Shown here piece after piece: positions 10,761 through 24,590 of a stretch of DNA of 64,000 bases. Every line of letters starts with the position of its first letter. Within the stretch, counting starts at the first letter, position 1. Both the position numbers and the translations under genes were made by a program. Source of the stretch: Vicugna vicugna (lineage: Eukaryota); the NCBI GenBank assembly GCA_013265495.1, contig MU057377.1, positions 62,001-126,000 on the forward strand, written 5' to 3'. The notes under the pieces are model-generated. The model saw only the letters and a program-made list of their open reading frames with translations, was not told the DNA's origin and did no database searches.

Positions 10761-12455
10761 CTCTTTATGACTGACTTAGAAAAGGGTTTTCCTTTATGAG
10801 TTAAACAGTTCTGCAGTGCAAGTCCATCCTATTTTTCTTGGAGTTACTGATCATGTTATAGTATGGCTTGTATTCAGTTCCTCTGAGTCTGGAATTCTGA
10901 ACCCCAAATTTAGACTGGGTTCTAAACACTTGTATTTGCCAAAATGTTAAGAGTGGTTGCCTTTGGGTGGTGAGATACTGGCTAAAAATGTTCTATTTGC
11001 ATATCCGTGTTTTTTCTTTGCTTTACAGCAAACTTATTCTACTTCTATGTGAGTTATGCAAAAAAGTATATTTCTTTGCTATGAGTGTTTGCAGCGGTGG
11101 CTGGGAGCTTAATCATTAATTCTACTTAATTAAGGAAACGTTGTTGAGAACCTACAAGTTGTCAAGCCTTGTTCTAAAATAGCAGGAGAATTAAACACGA
11201 GGAAGGTTCTCCTTGCTCCCAAGGGTCCTACAATCGAGAACAAGACAGGAGATACTTTGCAGGGCTGTTTTGCTCAATTGATTGTATTTTATTCTAATTT
11301 GTTTTGGTCAAATTAATTTGTGGAGAAATTTTTTGTTTCAGTTTTAGGTGGTTAGCGACATTGCATCTAGAAACAACCTCTGCATTTACTTAAGGGAAGA
11401 GGTCACTCTTTTCTGGTGAAAAGTCACGGGGTCTTTCTCACTCTATTTCAAAATAGCAGTAAAATTGGGTCTGTTGTGCGAGAGGGACAGTTTCTTCCCG
11501 GACGAGGCCAGTTCACTGGCACTCCCCTGTGTGCGCCAGCCACGTCCCCATTAGCGGGGGGGACTATAAATAGAAAGTCTGCACAAAAACACAGGGATGC
11601 TCCTCTTCTGAGATCCTTTTCTTCATCTCCCATAAGATTAAGCCCTTTCGGTCCTGCAGTGACAAGGGGAGCCCCACATGATTAGAAATGAGAGAAGGAA
11701 CGAACACTGCAGCCGTGCTTGGCCGTGAAAGACGACACAAGTTTTTAAAGAACTGTTTAGATTCATGCGGAATGAGGAATGTGCAGGAATGAAAAGGAAA
11801 CAGTTGTGTTCTAAAACTTGGAAATCAGCTGACCCCAAATCCCTTATGACAGAGAGAAATATGTGTCTGATGAGGCCAGTGGCACTAGACTAAACTGAGT
11901 GATAGTGATGATTTAGAACCTGGCGTTGCAAAGTTTGTAGTTTTGAGTGTAAATTGTGACACCCCCACATGCACTGGATGTGAATCAGGAAAGATGCTCT
12001 AACTCATCTCAGCCAACCTTCAAAGGAAAGCTAATCAGAAGGCTGGCTGGGGGAGAGGAGAGGGGCCTGGGCTCATGCGTCACCTGTCAGGGCAGTAGTC
12101 TCCGAATCTCGTCTCTCCAAACAGAAAAGATTGCTTATTGTTTTCCTTGCAGACCTATCACACATCTGGCAATGACCCAAAAACTCAATTTATTCTCTCG
12201 TGTTTTAGAACCAGAAAAAGACAAAGAAGAGCCTTTTCTCATGGTCACTCAGAGGAAATGGGATGAAAATCTGGTGCAGCTGTAGGGAAAAAGGAAACGC
12301 CTCGAAGCCTGAGAAGACGTGCGCCTGATGTCTGCATCTGCGCCGCTGCTGAGCGTGAAGCGGAGAGGCCCGAGCCAGAGCACCAGTGAAACTAGTTCAA
12401 GGGCCACCTGATCTAGTTGCATTTCACTGCATTTTGTCGAAAGTCTCGTGACCAG

Positions 12456-12899
12456 TGTCCACTGAAGAAAAACACACAACGTAAAAGGTGTGAGTCGAGT
12501 TTATTCGGTATCTTACTGGGAGCCAGGCGCTCCTCAGCTCTGAGACTCTTCCTACGAGGTTGGTGGGGCCGGGGGGGACGGCCAGGCCAGGGGCACACGT
12601 GCGACCAGCATGTGTCTTGGTAGAAGGTCGTCACAAGGCTTGTCACAAGGAACAGACATCTTAGCTAAAGCTTTTCGTGCTTTTCTAAGGATGGAAAGAG
12701 GTGAGAACCCAGGTTCATAAAACGTTTCTCCTGAAAACATTACCGACCGGAAGGCCTGTCCTGCCAGTTCTCCCAGAGCACGGGGCGCCTCGCTCCTGAC
12801 CTCCGCCCTGGGCGCCTGTCGGCTGTGCTGGAGGTCAGGGGCTGCCGTGGACAGTGACTCAGTCCTTGGCGGGCTGATGGCGGCTTTCTTTTGTTGGCA
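12456..12899 (-). mobile_element. Solo ERV1 LTR (MER41-like, cetartiodactyl type) with 4-bp TSD
   Basis: TG(12456)...CA(12899) flanked by CCAG at 12452-12455 and 12900-12903. tgtccactgaagaaaaacacacaacgtaaaag resembles MER41-type LTR ends. Confidence 0.8.
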
Positions 12900-13309
12900 C
12901 CAGATAACTGGGGAAGAAGCAGTTATGCCAAGCCGTGAGTCCCTGGGAGCTTCCCGTGCGGCTCACGGGGATTAAAAGCGTATCCTCTCACACGGCCAGG
13001 CGTGACATCTCAGAGTCCAGGGCCTGAGACCCTGACAGGCCCCAGGACTGCCCTTCACCCCTCTGCACGCTGCCTCCGCCTCCCAGGCCCGGAGCCGCCC
13101 CGGAGGTTCGCTCTTTCCTGATCCCTTACTTAGCAAAGCGCGTGTCTTTCGTCTAGTTGACGCTTTTGTTCCCCCCACATCCTTGTTTATCTGAAAAGCA
13201 AATATATCTTGTCTTGCTGGCCTATTATTATGTAATTGGCAACATTTCTTTTTGTCTTGGTGGTAAACAATGGTCCCTTGTATAACAGATTAGATAAATA
13301 ATAGAATAA

Positions 13310-13880
13310 TAATAATAATAGTATCAGCTCCGTTTTTGAGGACCCGCTTCGGACCAGTCACTGTGCTCGGTGCTTTGCAGTTAGTGTTTATGTAATGCGG
13401 CTCTCACAAACACACAAGCAGCAGCTTTATCTCCTGTCTCTGAGAACAGACTGGGAGACCCTTACCTTAAGAGAAGCAAGGGCTTCCAGAATCTGGGTCT
13501 ATCTGGATCCAAACTCTATTGTCCTTCCACTATGTGATAGGTCCTCTCGAGATAACAAGAGCTGCTTTTTATCCAGCTCAAATAATAATAATAATAATAA
13601 CAACAACAACAACAACAACAACATAATTATGACTGCAGCAAATACTCATGTGGCTTTTATACATGTGTCTGTATAAATATATATCAACGTGTGTGTATAT
13701 ATATCCTCATTTAATACAACACACCTTCATAAAGTCCCACGTGCCACTGTTACCCCCATTTCACAGAAGAGGACACTGAAGCCCAGAGACGCGGCCTGGG
13801 GCCCGAGGGCACACGGCTCCTCCGGAGCAGAGGCAGAGCTGATTCAGGCAGGTGCTGGGGCTCAGGGTCTGGACAAACCC
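13310..13880. mobile_element. Two MIR fragments flanking a microsatellite
   Basis: cactgtgctcggtgctttgc...; tgttacccccatttcacagaagaggacactgaagcccagaga. Confidence 0.7.
13581..13627. repeat. Compound microsatellite (AAT)n(AAC)n
   Basis: Read directly from the sequence. Confidence 0.95.
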
Positions 13881-14914
13881 ACCTCGCTCCCACACCGGGG
13901 TTAACAGTCAACACTAGGGAGCTCTCCTGCCAATAAGAGCTCACAGCCAAGCATCCACAGGCTTTGAGAACAATCCACTCACCTGCTTTCAAGAAGCAGA
14001 TCAGTTTATATTCTAGTTCATTATCTTTTTCCCTCAGGACCCATATGCCTCGATAGAGAGGCTCTGTGTAGGTTGCAAAAGAAATGTATATAATGCTAGT
14101 CCTTCAGAGGATTTTACTAAAGTGCCAGGGTGTAAACACATCAGAACAGTAGAGAAAATTATAGGGTAAAAGAGAATGGGACTAACATATTTTGTACTTA
14201 ACGTGTGCTAGTAATTATTTTTTTATGTTACACCTGTAATCCTCTGAGCAATCTATCCTTCATCTCTCGATACAGATGAAGATGCTAAATCAAGGGAGAC
14301 ATGTGAAATAATGTGGACAGAGTCACATCAGTAGTGACAGAGCAGGTCTCTCTGTGGCCAAAGTCGTGACATGCTTGGCAGCTGAAACTTACAGAGTCAG
14401 TGAGGGGAAGGGTAGGAGGAGAGAGAAATCTGAGTTGGAACAGAATCTGGGCCCCTGTGGTGGGCTTGACTCAGTCTCAAGGAGAAAGAGGGTTTTCTGG
14501 GAAGGTACAGACACCATATGAGGAAAAGCAAAGAGTAGGAGGAACCTGCCACGTTGAGGAGGACCGTGGCCCCACAAGGGGTGAAGCTGTTTTGCACGAA
14601 GGGGAAGTGAGCTCAGCTAACATTTTATTTCATGATGCTCAGCTTTAAAAGACCACATAGCAAGTCTGAAGGTGATGAGAAGCAGTAGGGGGCCATTTGT
14701 GCAAGTCCCCGAGGAGGGTCCGAAGGCGGATATCCTAACTCATGAAATGAAATGCTTAGTGAGTGAATGTGAGCAACCCCATCCATTCAGCCACTGCTGA
14801 GATCAATGGAAATTTTACAGTTGCATTTCAAAACCTGGCAAATGACATAGACAACTTGGCCAAGCTTTAACCACAAATCCGTCACTTTTAAAAAAAATAG
14901 CCAAATGTTAGCCA

Positions 14915-15201
<287 letters not shown>

Positions 15202-16689
15202 TAGTAGCCAAAGATCTGCAAAATAATGCCCAGGCAACTGAAAAAGCCAGCATGTGATTTACAATATGCCACAGCATTCGAAGAGCCTTGGAAGGAGGTT
15301 TGCATAAACCTCATGAAGACAATGATTTAGAGGAAGGAAAGGAGCCACCCGTGTGGGCAGAAGTGGGAAAGGTTATTGCAAAAACAGCCTGTCTGCTCTT
15401 GCGTGGAGAGAAACCAGAAGCAGGGAGGCTCTGTAGTCAATCAGCATGTCTAAGTGACTCTATCACCCTAAAAAATGCAGGTCAACCCAGCACTTTTCAA
15501 AGTTAAGATGGATTTTCCCTTTCTTCCTCCCTCCTCCCCCAGCTCAGGGCCCCCGCACCACCGTCCTCCGTAATCACAACAGGACAGAGCCTGCAGCGAG
15601 CTGGAACTGAGATTTGGAACAGAGCGCTGTAAAAATCAATGCGCCAGCTGGAGCAGAGAGTCCAAGAAACATAAATTTCTTGGAAAATGACCCTGGTTTT
15701 TGGCAATTATTACTGTGAATGAGAATACTTCAGAATCTCAACCCAGAACAAAGTAGCAGGATTTTTTTTTTCTCCTCCAAACTCCTCTGCAATGTGTTTT
15801 ACTCTTGTGTTCATCCCTGACTCACAACTGCAGGGAAGTTTTAATAATGCTGACTCCCGTGTGACTTTGAAGGGGTCTGTGCTATAAAACGATGTCAGAC
15901 TTTATTGTTCACTGTTTATTATTGAAAATCTAAACCTTTGATTTTCTCACTCTGAAGATTTTTCTTTTGAAGAAAGAATATTGTCCATGTGTTTTCATGG
16001 AATGTTTTAAAAATAAAAACTAATAGTGGGGTGTATGTATCTTTTTGAATTAATTCTTATTTTGTAGTTGGCTTTTTTCCTTTGATAGCTAAGTTTAAAA
16101 AGCTAAAGCTCTAAATGTTCTTAGAAACAATGTGCAGCACATATATGTAAATTTTAAAAAATATGTGCAGTATATTGTGTATATGTATTTACATACAACA
16201 TATTGTATATGTGCAGTCAAATTGTAACAATTCCACCTAATGAAACTGAAAGATTAAAAAAAATAAAAACACAATCAACTTAGCATCCACGAGTGTTAAC
16301 AGTGTAAACATTTCCATTCTAAGTGTGGAATTAGTATAGCAAGTTGGCCTAACCTAGAACCTCCAGTAATCAGGACCCCACAGGGTAGACAAGAGAGGCC
16401 AGTGACAAGTGACATCCTTTGGGCATTTTGCTGACTTATTCCTTTGGGCAGCGTACAGTAGGGATCCTGAATAATTCCACCTTATTCTATACTAAATAAA
16501 TTGTGTGAATCCTAGGATCTGTCTCCCGCAGAGTTCTTCCTTAAAAGTTTAGAAATAATTTTTTGTGACCTGGAGTTTGGGCAATTGGACAGAATAAACG
16601 TCCCGTTTTTTCAGTGTAGGGGATTTATTTTTTGCCTCCATATATTCTTGGATTCTCTCCACTGGCCCGTAAAAAGCAAGTGGTGAATA

Positions 16690-17040
16690 TACGTGGAAGT
16701 AACTTAAGAGTGGGAACTCCGTTTGGAGTTAAAGACCTGAGTTATACTCATAGCCCTGCCATTCAACACTTTGGTCTTGGGCAACCTAAACCTCTTAGCC
16801 TCAGTTTTGTTTTTATTTTTTATTTTTTTATTTAACTTGCTTATTCAAGCTGCATTTGCTGTATGTCTACTTGTGCCAGGCCCTGGGCTACACACTGGGG
16901 TTACACAAATGAACACTGTGCATGCAAAGTCCACCTTCATGTATCTTAGCGCCCAGGGAAGCCAATAGACTTACACAAAAAATTGCGTTAATAATCAGTT
17001 GACTAGAGATTTGGTAAGTGTTAAGAAGGAAAAGTAGAGT
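16690..17040. mobile_element. MIR and L2 fragments
   Basis: ttggagttaaagacctgagtt...ttgggcaacctaaacctcttagcctcagttt (MIR); tacttgtgccaggccctgggcta (L2 3' end). Confidence 0.6.
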
Positions 17041-18244
17041 ATAGATTGACACCTCCCAGTGGAGACTCACAGTCTTGCTTTGTGGGTCTTAGATGATAAG
17101 ACGGGCCGCTCAGTAAGTGCTAGCTAAATCTGAAAACATGCCGTTTGGCTAATGGAGAAACTGGCCAAAAACCAGGATCAAAGTTCTCCAATTCTGATTT
17201 CAGTCCTCTTGCTTATCCAAAAAAACTGATAGCGATCTTATCAGAGGGCTGGCAGAGGAAAAAGGAGAAATTTCACACAGGCTGTGTTTTACCTTGAGGG
17301 AGAAAAAAGGACATACATCTCTTGGTAGACATAAATCTGGAAGAATTCATATAAGGAATTGATACAATTTTTTTCTTTTTTTTTCACATTGCTTTGGATT
17401 CTTATTCAAAACTTAAATCCGTTGACAAAGGTTTTGGGTTTGTTTGGGGGTTTTTTTGTTGTTAAAAATAAAAGCTTAGAACATAAGTCACGATTCACGT
17501 GCCATCGGGCAAGGGATTTAATTCAAATGAATTTAACTCAGTTCTGTGCAACTGACCACATCTGATGTGGAAAAAGAGAAGAGCAACCTGTCCTGATAGT
17601 GGAATAGAGCCTTGGGCTGGCACTGCTCATCGTGCACGGGGACTGGCGCTGTCCGCCCGAGTGAGAATGGATAGGCCGCCGAGGCAGCGTGGGGGGCGTC
17701 ACGGCGGCCCCCCCACGCTGATCCCTGAATCTTTGAGAGAAAATACTGCTTTGTGGGCAATGGTCTTGGTTTGCATTTCACTGGCCTGAGATGTTTAAGG
17801 TATCTTGTGTTCTTGTGGCCATCTTTAAGATCAAGAAAGCCAAACAGAAAGGAAGAAGTTATTTCCTTGGGGAAACATTATGTCAGAAGTAAAGTCAGAA
17901 ACATCGTTGTCTGACTCACTCTGGCTTCAGGAAATGGCACGCTGAAGTCTGGGGGGAGGGATGGGAAGAAAACAGAAGCCCATGCAGAAAGAGAGGAGGA
18001 AAAAAGCCTCTGCCATATTATTTTACAGTGGCTCATAATGCTTTCACAGAAATTTCAGTGAAAAAAAAAAACTTTCGGAAAGTCTTTCTTTTATTGTTTC
18101 TCTGATTGTTTTTGAATGAAAATGCTGATTAATCAAAGGTTCAGATAAAAACCCAGAAAGGGTAAGTTAATAGGATAGAAAGTAGAATCAAGATTCAAAA
18201 AATTTTACAGGTTGGAAAAATTGGGTCAAAACCAAGAATATAAA

Positions 18245-19105
18245 GAGACAGCAAATGCTGAACGTGGAGGAACGGGAACCCTGTGCGCTCTTGGTGGGGA
18301 TGTAAATTGGTGCAGCCGCTGTGGAAAATAGTATGGAGGTTCATCAAAAGATTTAAAATAGAACGACTGTCTGATCCAGTAATTCCACTGCTGGGAACAT
18401 ACCCAGAAGTAAAGAAAACACTGACTCAAAAAGATATCCACACCCCCATGTCCACAGTATCTTGTTTATAATAGTCATGACGTGGAAGCAACCCACATGT
18501 CCATCGATGGGTGAATGGAGACAGAAGCTGTGGTGTGACAATGGAATGTTATTTAGCCATAAAACCCGACAAAATCCTACGATTTGTTACAACATGTTCA
18601 GACCTTGAAGGCATTATGCTAAGTGAAATACGTCAGACAGAGAAAGACAAATATTGTATGATCTCACTTACATGTGGAATCTAAAAAGAAAGAAAGAAAG
18701 AAAGAAAAATGCAAACTCACAGAAAACAGGATGAGATTTTTGATTCCCAGGGGTTTGGGTGTGGGGAGGGGAAAGGAATTGGAGGAAGATGGTCAAAGGG
18801 TGCACACCTCCAGTTTCGGGGTAGTCAGGCCTGAGGCTGTGATGCTCAGCAGGGTGGCTGGAGCCAGCGCTGTTGTGGTGTCAGACATGAGCACTGTTAA
18901 GATGTAAAGCCTGAGCATTCCCGTCACAAGGAGAAATTTGTTTTCCCTTCTTCTTTTCTTCTTATGGAACCTACATGACAAGATGGATGTTGGCTGAGCC
19001 TATCTGGAGTCATTTTGCAATATTTGTAAATCAGATCATGCTGTTGGCTTTAAACTTATACAATGCTGCGTGTCAATAATTTCTTCAAGTACTAGTAAGA
19101 AAAAG
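18245..19105 (+). mobile_element. LINE-1 3' end (L1MA/MB-type)
   Basis: ggtggggatgtaaattggtgcagccgctgtggaaaatagtatggagg...gaccttgaaggcattatgctaagtgaaata. Same family as 5030-5920. Confidence 0.9.
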
Positions 19106-19344
19106 AATGTAAAATGTAAAATTGATCACTTAAAATTTGACGTTCAGATTCTGAGTCTAAGGACACAGATCCTGCCGTCCTGGCTTCGTTCAGAGCCCAG
19201 GATGATGACGTTCATAGGCTCTGTTCACTTTCTGCTTGGCCTCCAGGGCTCGTGAATTTCAGACTTGATATGGTGCTCGTAGCTCCTTCCGTACTGCCTG
19301 AAGTGAGTGCAGGTCAGCGCGCCGGAGGAGGCGCCGCATCGTCG

Positions 19345-19795
19345 CAGCTCAGAGTGTGGGCTTGGAGTTCAAAGAACTTTTCTTTGAGTCCAGGATCTAC
19401 CTCTTCACCTTGTAATTTGTTGTATGATCTTGAGAGGAATCGCTTAACCTTTCTACTTTCTGCGTTTCGGTTCTCTCATTTAGAAAGTGTGAGTAATGAC
19501 AGTCCTAACTTAGAGGGTTGCTGTGAAGATTAAATAGGACTGAACACCATAGTCCAAAGTGGACTTTGGAGCCAAACTGCCTGAGGCTGAATTCTAACTC
19601 TGCTCACTGCTGTCCACGTGACGTCTGGCACGTTGCTGCCCTGCTCGTGTGCCAGCTTCCTCACGTGCAGTACAGAGGCGATGGACAGTGTCGACCTCGT
19701 AGGTTGTAAGTGCAGCATGAGGGATCACGAGGAAAACACTTGGAAGAGGGCCTGGAGGGGAGAAAGCATCCAGTAAGGGGTGGCTTTTATTATTG
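19345..19795 (+). mobile_element. Two tandem MIR SINEs
   Basis: ggactttggagccaaactgcctgaggctgaattctaactctgctcact; gagggttgctgtgaagattaaat. Confidence 0.75.
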
Positions 19796-20171
19796 CATAA
19801 CTGATGAACAAATGCTAGCTACTTGCAAGTGTCTTTGTTCTAACATTATTATTACCTCCCTGAGCGCCAGTGGGAGTGCGACTCACAGCCTCCCTATCCA
19901 ATGACTGCTTTATGTGGCAGATTTCAGTACCTCTCTGCCTTATTTCTGACTTAAATTCAGTTGTCTTCTGGTCCAGGAGCCTTGCCAGGAACTACAATTC
20001 TTCCTCTCTCAGTTGGTCCAGGATCTCAGTTTCCCTCATCCCACTTGTAGACGCTAATTTCAGGATCCTCCAGCTATGGATTGGCCCCAACACCCATGAA
20101 GACAGATGTCAATGGGGTGATGACTCAAACCCTCCTGATGACAAGAATCTTTTCTTCCTTAGAAAGCCAAC

Positions 20172-20498
20172 TGTCTTAGTCCTGTCAGGGCTGCTGTGAC
20201 GAAGCATCATCAACCAGGTGGCTCAAGGACAAGAGGCGTTCATTTCTCAGAGTTCGGGGGGCTGAGAAGTCCAAGACCTGGCGAGGGACTGCTTCCCTGT
20301 TGGCTGTCCTTTCACTGTGTCCTCACATAACAGGAGGGGGAGGGAGCTCCCTGAGGTCTCTTTTATAAGAGTACGAATCTCGCTCATGAGGGCTCCACCA
20401 TCATGACCTAATCACCCCAAAACCTTACCTTCTAATAACCACGTGGGGGTCAGGATTTCAACCTATGAACTTGGTATGTAGACATTCAGTCCATCATA
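20172..20498 (-). mobile_element. MaLR MLT1A-type LTR
   Basis: tgtcttagtcc...gctgagaagtccaagac...catgagggctccaccatcatgacctaatcacc...gacattcagtccatcata. Confidence 0.85.
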
Positions 20499-21559
20499 CC
20501 ACTCACTCCCACCCATTGTAGCTTTTGGATATGTGTGCTGGTCCAGACCAAAGTCAAATTCCAGAGGCTGTAATTTAGAATTCTGAATCTCTCTCAGGAG
20601 CCCTCTCCACGTTGGGGAGGCACGTGGCTGGTGAAGGGTGAATTCCTCCTTTTCACCCACTTCAACTTCTAACAGCCATTGCTAAGTATCCAGGTGGTTC
20701 ATACTGACCTAAGAAAAGGTGTGTGTATATGTCATTTGTTGGGGGAGGGATGGTGGATCTTAAAAGATCCTGTACATAAATTCTCAATTTTAAAATTCTG
20801 AGCATCAGTTGGACCAACAGGAATGATTATCTAGGAGTGTATCTAGTTCACTTTTTATATAAAATTTGCATAATCATGTCCAGGTCTTAAATATCAGTGG
20901 AGTCATTGTATTATCTTCATTTGTCTTTTCTTGTCTCTAAAATTTTGTTGTGATTTATTTCTTCCTTTAATCTTCCATTTTGAAGTTTCTATAACCAATG
21001 TGCATTTATATTGCTTCCATGGCAATATATTGGAAAAGCACTGAAATCCACTGCCCAATCACGTTTTTACCTACACTCTATTTTGTTAAGAACTTTACCA
21101 TAATTTTAAATACTTAAAATACTTACAACTTTTTTTTTTAATGTTTCTACATTCAAAAAATGAAAGTCCCCAAAAGAAGCATTCTTCATAAAGGAGGCAA
21201 CTTTCAGTTTGGGTGAAAATAAATATTTGGGTAAGATCAAGTCACAGAGTACAGTACCTTACAGGAGCATTTTTAAGGATGTGCTTGCAACGTCTTAGGT
21301 TAAAGGGTTAAGTTTGGTGTAGGTGTTCTTATATTGTTTTGTTCTTCCCTTAAAATTATACTATATTCTAATTGTTAGTGTACTTTTCTGTTGTTGTTAT
21401 CCAGCCTTCCAATTTCATTCAGTTCAAACAATGCTTAGGTAGCCCTTAACATTTTCAAGGCTGTGCCCAAAGAGATTCAGGACGAACCTTGGAGTGAGAC
21501 ATGTTTTCCGCCTTTACGAAGCCTCCATGCATGAAGTGACCAACTGCCCCACTTTGCTT

Positions 21560-22430
21560 AGTTTTTTAAAATAAAATTTCTCCCTTAGTAAGTTTCGGAT
21601 TTACAGAGAAATTGCAGAGATAGTACAGAGAGTTCCCAGATAGTCTACACCTACTTCCTTTTACTGACAGCTTAGCTTAGCACAGTCCCTTTGTCATTAA
21701 TGAACCAATACTGACACACTACTAATAACTAAAGCCTATACTGTATTCAGGTGTCTTTTTTCTTTACCTAAGTCCTTTCTGTGCTCCAGGATCCAACCTA
21801 GGACACTCCATTCTATTTATATTCCTGCCTCCATAGGCTCCTCTTGTCTGCAGCAGTCTCCAACTCTCCTTGCTTTTGATGACCTTGACGGGGTAAGCAG
21901 CACAGGTCAGATGTTCTGTGGAATGCCTAGCTGAGGTTTTTGCCTGATGCTTTTCTCGTGAGCAGACTGGAGTCATGAGTTTGGGCAGTAAAGACCACGG
22001 CTGTGACGTGCTGGTCTCAGCCTGTCACACAGCCTACGTGCTGTCAGCTTGACTGACCGCCTGGATGTTGACCTTGATCACTCAGCTAGGGCGGCGTCTG
22101 TCAGGTTTCTCCACTGTACTTGCTTTTTTCTTCCCCTTTCCTTACTGTGCCCTCTGGAAGGAAGTCAGCATGCACAGGTCACACTTACGAAGAGGGGAGT
22201 TTTGCCTACATCGGTTATTTGGAACTGAGTATCTACATAAATTATTTGGAATTCTTTTGAACGTGAGATTTAGCTATTCCTCCCCGTTTATTTACTTACT
22301 TAATCATTTATTATATCAATATAGACTCATGGGTATTTATTTTATACTAGGTTGTAACTCAATACTACTTTATTTTGTTGTTTAAAGTGTTCTAGCTTTG
22401 GCCGTTGGGAGCTCTTTCAGTTGGGTTCTT
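21560..22430 (-). mobile_element. Old L1 (L1MB/MC-type) 3' UTR
   Basis: gatttacagagaaattgcagagatagtacagagagttccca...tctagctttggccgttgggagctctttcagttgg. Confidence 0.75.
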
Positions 22431-22431
22431 A

Positions 22432-22621
22432 AAATTTTGTTTATTAAATATTGTGTCAGTTTCTGGTTTACAGCATAATAGTTCAGTCGTAGGTTTGTTT
22501 ACATATATTTGTTTTCTTTTTTTTTCATTACAGGTGACTACACAATATTGAAATAGTTCCCTGTGCTGTACGGTATGAACTTATTGTTTATCTATTTTAT
22601 ATATAGTAGTTAATACCTGCT
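22432..22621 (-). mobile_element. Cetartiodactyl L1 3' UTR fragment
   Basis: tgtgtcagtttctggtttacagcata...atagttccctgtgctgtac...ttatctattttatatatagtag. Confidence 0.8.
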
Positions 22622-24091
22622 CTTTCCTCTCAAGTGCATATGGAACTTTCTCCAGGATAGATAACATAATAGGCCACAAAACAAGTATCAGTACATTTAA
22701 GAAGACTGAAATCCTATCAAGCATCTTTTCTGACTGCAACAGTGTGAAACTAGAAATCAATTATAGGAGGAAAACTGGAAAAACCACAAATATGAGGAGA
22801 CAACTTGCTACTAAAAAAAAACAATGAGTCAATGAGAAAATCAAAGAAGAAATGAAAAAAATACCTTAAGATGAATCAAAAAAGCGACATGACTTTCCAA
22901 AATCTAGGGAACAAAGCAAAATCAGTTCTAAGCTGGAATTTATAGCAATACAGACCTCAAGAAACAAGAAAAATCTGTAATTAACTTCTTAAATTTCCAC
23001 CTAAATGAATTATAAAAGAAGAACAAACAAAGCCGAAAGTTAGCAGACTGAAGGAAATAATAAAATCAGAGCAGAAATAAACGGAATAGAGACCAAAATA
23101 GAAAAGATCAATGAAACTAAGAGCTGTTTTTGTTTTTTTGAAATGATAAAAAAAATTCTAAACCTTTAGCCAGACTTATCAAGAAGAAACAAGAGAGAGG
23201 CCCAAATAAATAAAATTAGAAATGAAAAGGGTGAGTTACAACTGATACAACAGAAATCCAGTCGTAAGAGGACACTGCAAACAGTCATATGCCAACAAAT
23301 AGAACAAACTAGAAGAAATGGGTAAATTTTAAGAAACATACAATCTTCCAAGACTGAATCAATAAGAAATAGAAAATGTAAACAGACTGGTTACAAGTAA
23401 TGAAATTAAATTGGTAATAAAAAGAACTCCCAGCAAACAAAAGTCCACGACCAGGTGGTTTCACAGGGAAATTCTACCAAACTTAAGAAGATTTAATACC
23501 TAGACTTCCCAGACTATTCCAAAAAATGGGAGAGGAGGGACCACTCCCAAACTCTGTGAGGCCAGTATTACCTGGATACTGAAATCAGACAAATATACTA
23601 CAAAAAAGAGGAAAATTACAGGCCAATGCACCAGATTAACATAGATGCAGAAATCCTCAGCAGGCTATTAGCCAACCAAATCCAACAGTACATTAAAAGG
23701 ATCATACCCCATGATCAAGTGGGATTTATCCCAGAGATGAAAGAATTTTTCAGCATCTACAAATCAAACAAGTGGCTATTATCAAAAAGATAAGAAATTG
23801 TAAGTGTTGGCGGAGATGTGGAGAAACGGGACTCTTGTTCACTGTTGGTAACACTAAGTTGGTGCAGCCACTGTGAAAAACAGGATGGAGGTTCTTCAAA
23901 AAAAAAAAAAAAGTGGAAATACCATACAATCCATCAGTTCTACTCCTGCGTATTTATCCAAAGGAAACAAAAACACTAATTCTGAAAGATATGTGCAGCC
24001 CAGCGTTCACAGCAGCTTTTTTTTCCACAGTAGCCAAGGTATGGAAGCAGCCTCAGTGCCCATCAACAGATGAAAGGATAAGAAAGATTTG

Positions 24092-24140
<49 letters not shown>

Positions 24141-24590
24141 GGAATATTACTCAGCCATAACAAAGAATGAAATCTTGCCATTTGGGACAACATGGATGGG
24201 CCTGGGATATTATGCTTAGTGAAATACGTCAGACAGAAAAAGGCAAACACTGTACACTTTCACTTATACATGGAATGTAAAAAACAAAACAAATGAGCAA
24301 ATGTAACAAAACAGAAACAGACTCACAGATACAGAGAACACATTAGTGGTTACCAGAGGGGAGAGCCGCGGAGAGAGGGGCAAAATAGGTGAAGGGGATT
24401 AAGAGGTACAAACCTCCAGTCGTAACAACACATACGTGCAGCACAGGAAATACAGTCAACGTTTTACAGCAAGTTCATGTGCTGTGTAATCTACCAAGGC
24501 ATCAAGTCCCTCTGCTGCAGCCCTGAAACTAATGTAATATTGTAAGTCAACTAAAGGTCAATAAAAAATAACTAATAAATAAATAAAGTA
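22622..24590 (+). mobile_element. LINE-1 ORF2 remnant (late EN to early RT, internally deleted) plus 3' UTR and A-rich tail
   Basis: SSAYGTFSRIDNIIGHK (EN end), then gatcaagtgggatttatcccag (DQVGFIP), then a jump at ~23770 to gtggctattatcaaaaag (MAIIKK), 3' UTR, and (CA)n at ~24094-24138. Confidence 0.9.

Noticed and set aside
17645..17665. REST/RE1 site (ggcgctgtcc)
   Set aside because: Only one half-site matches; the other half (gtgctga) is absent.
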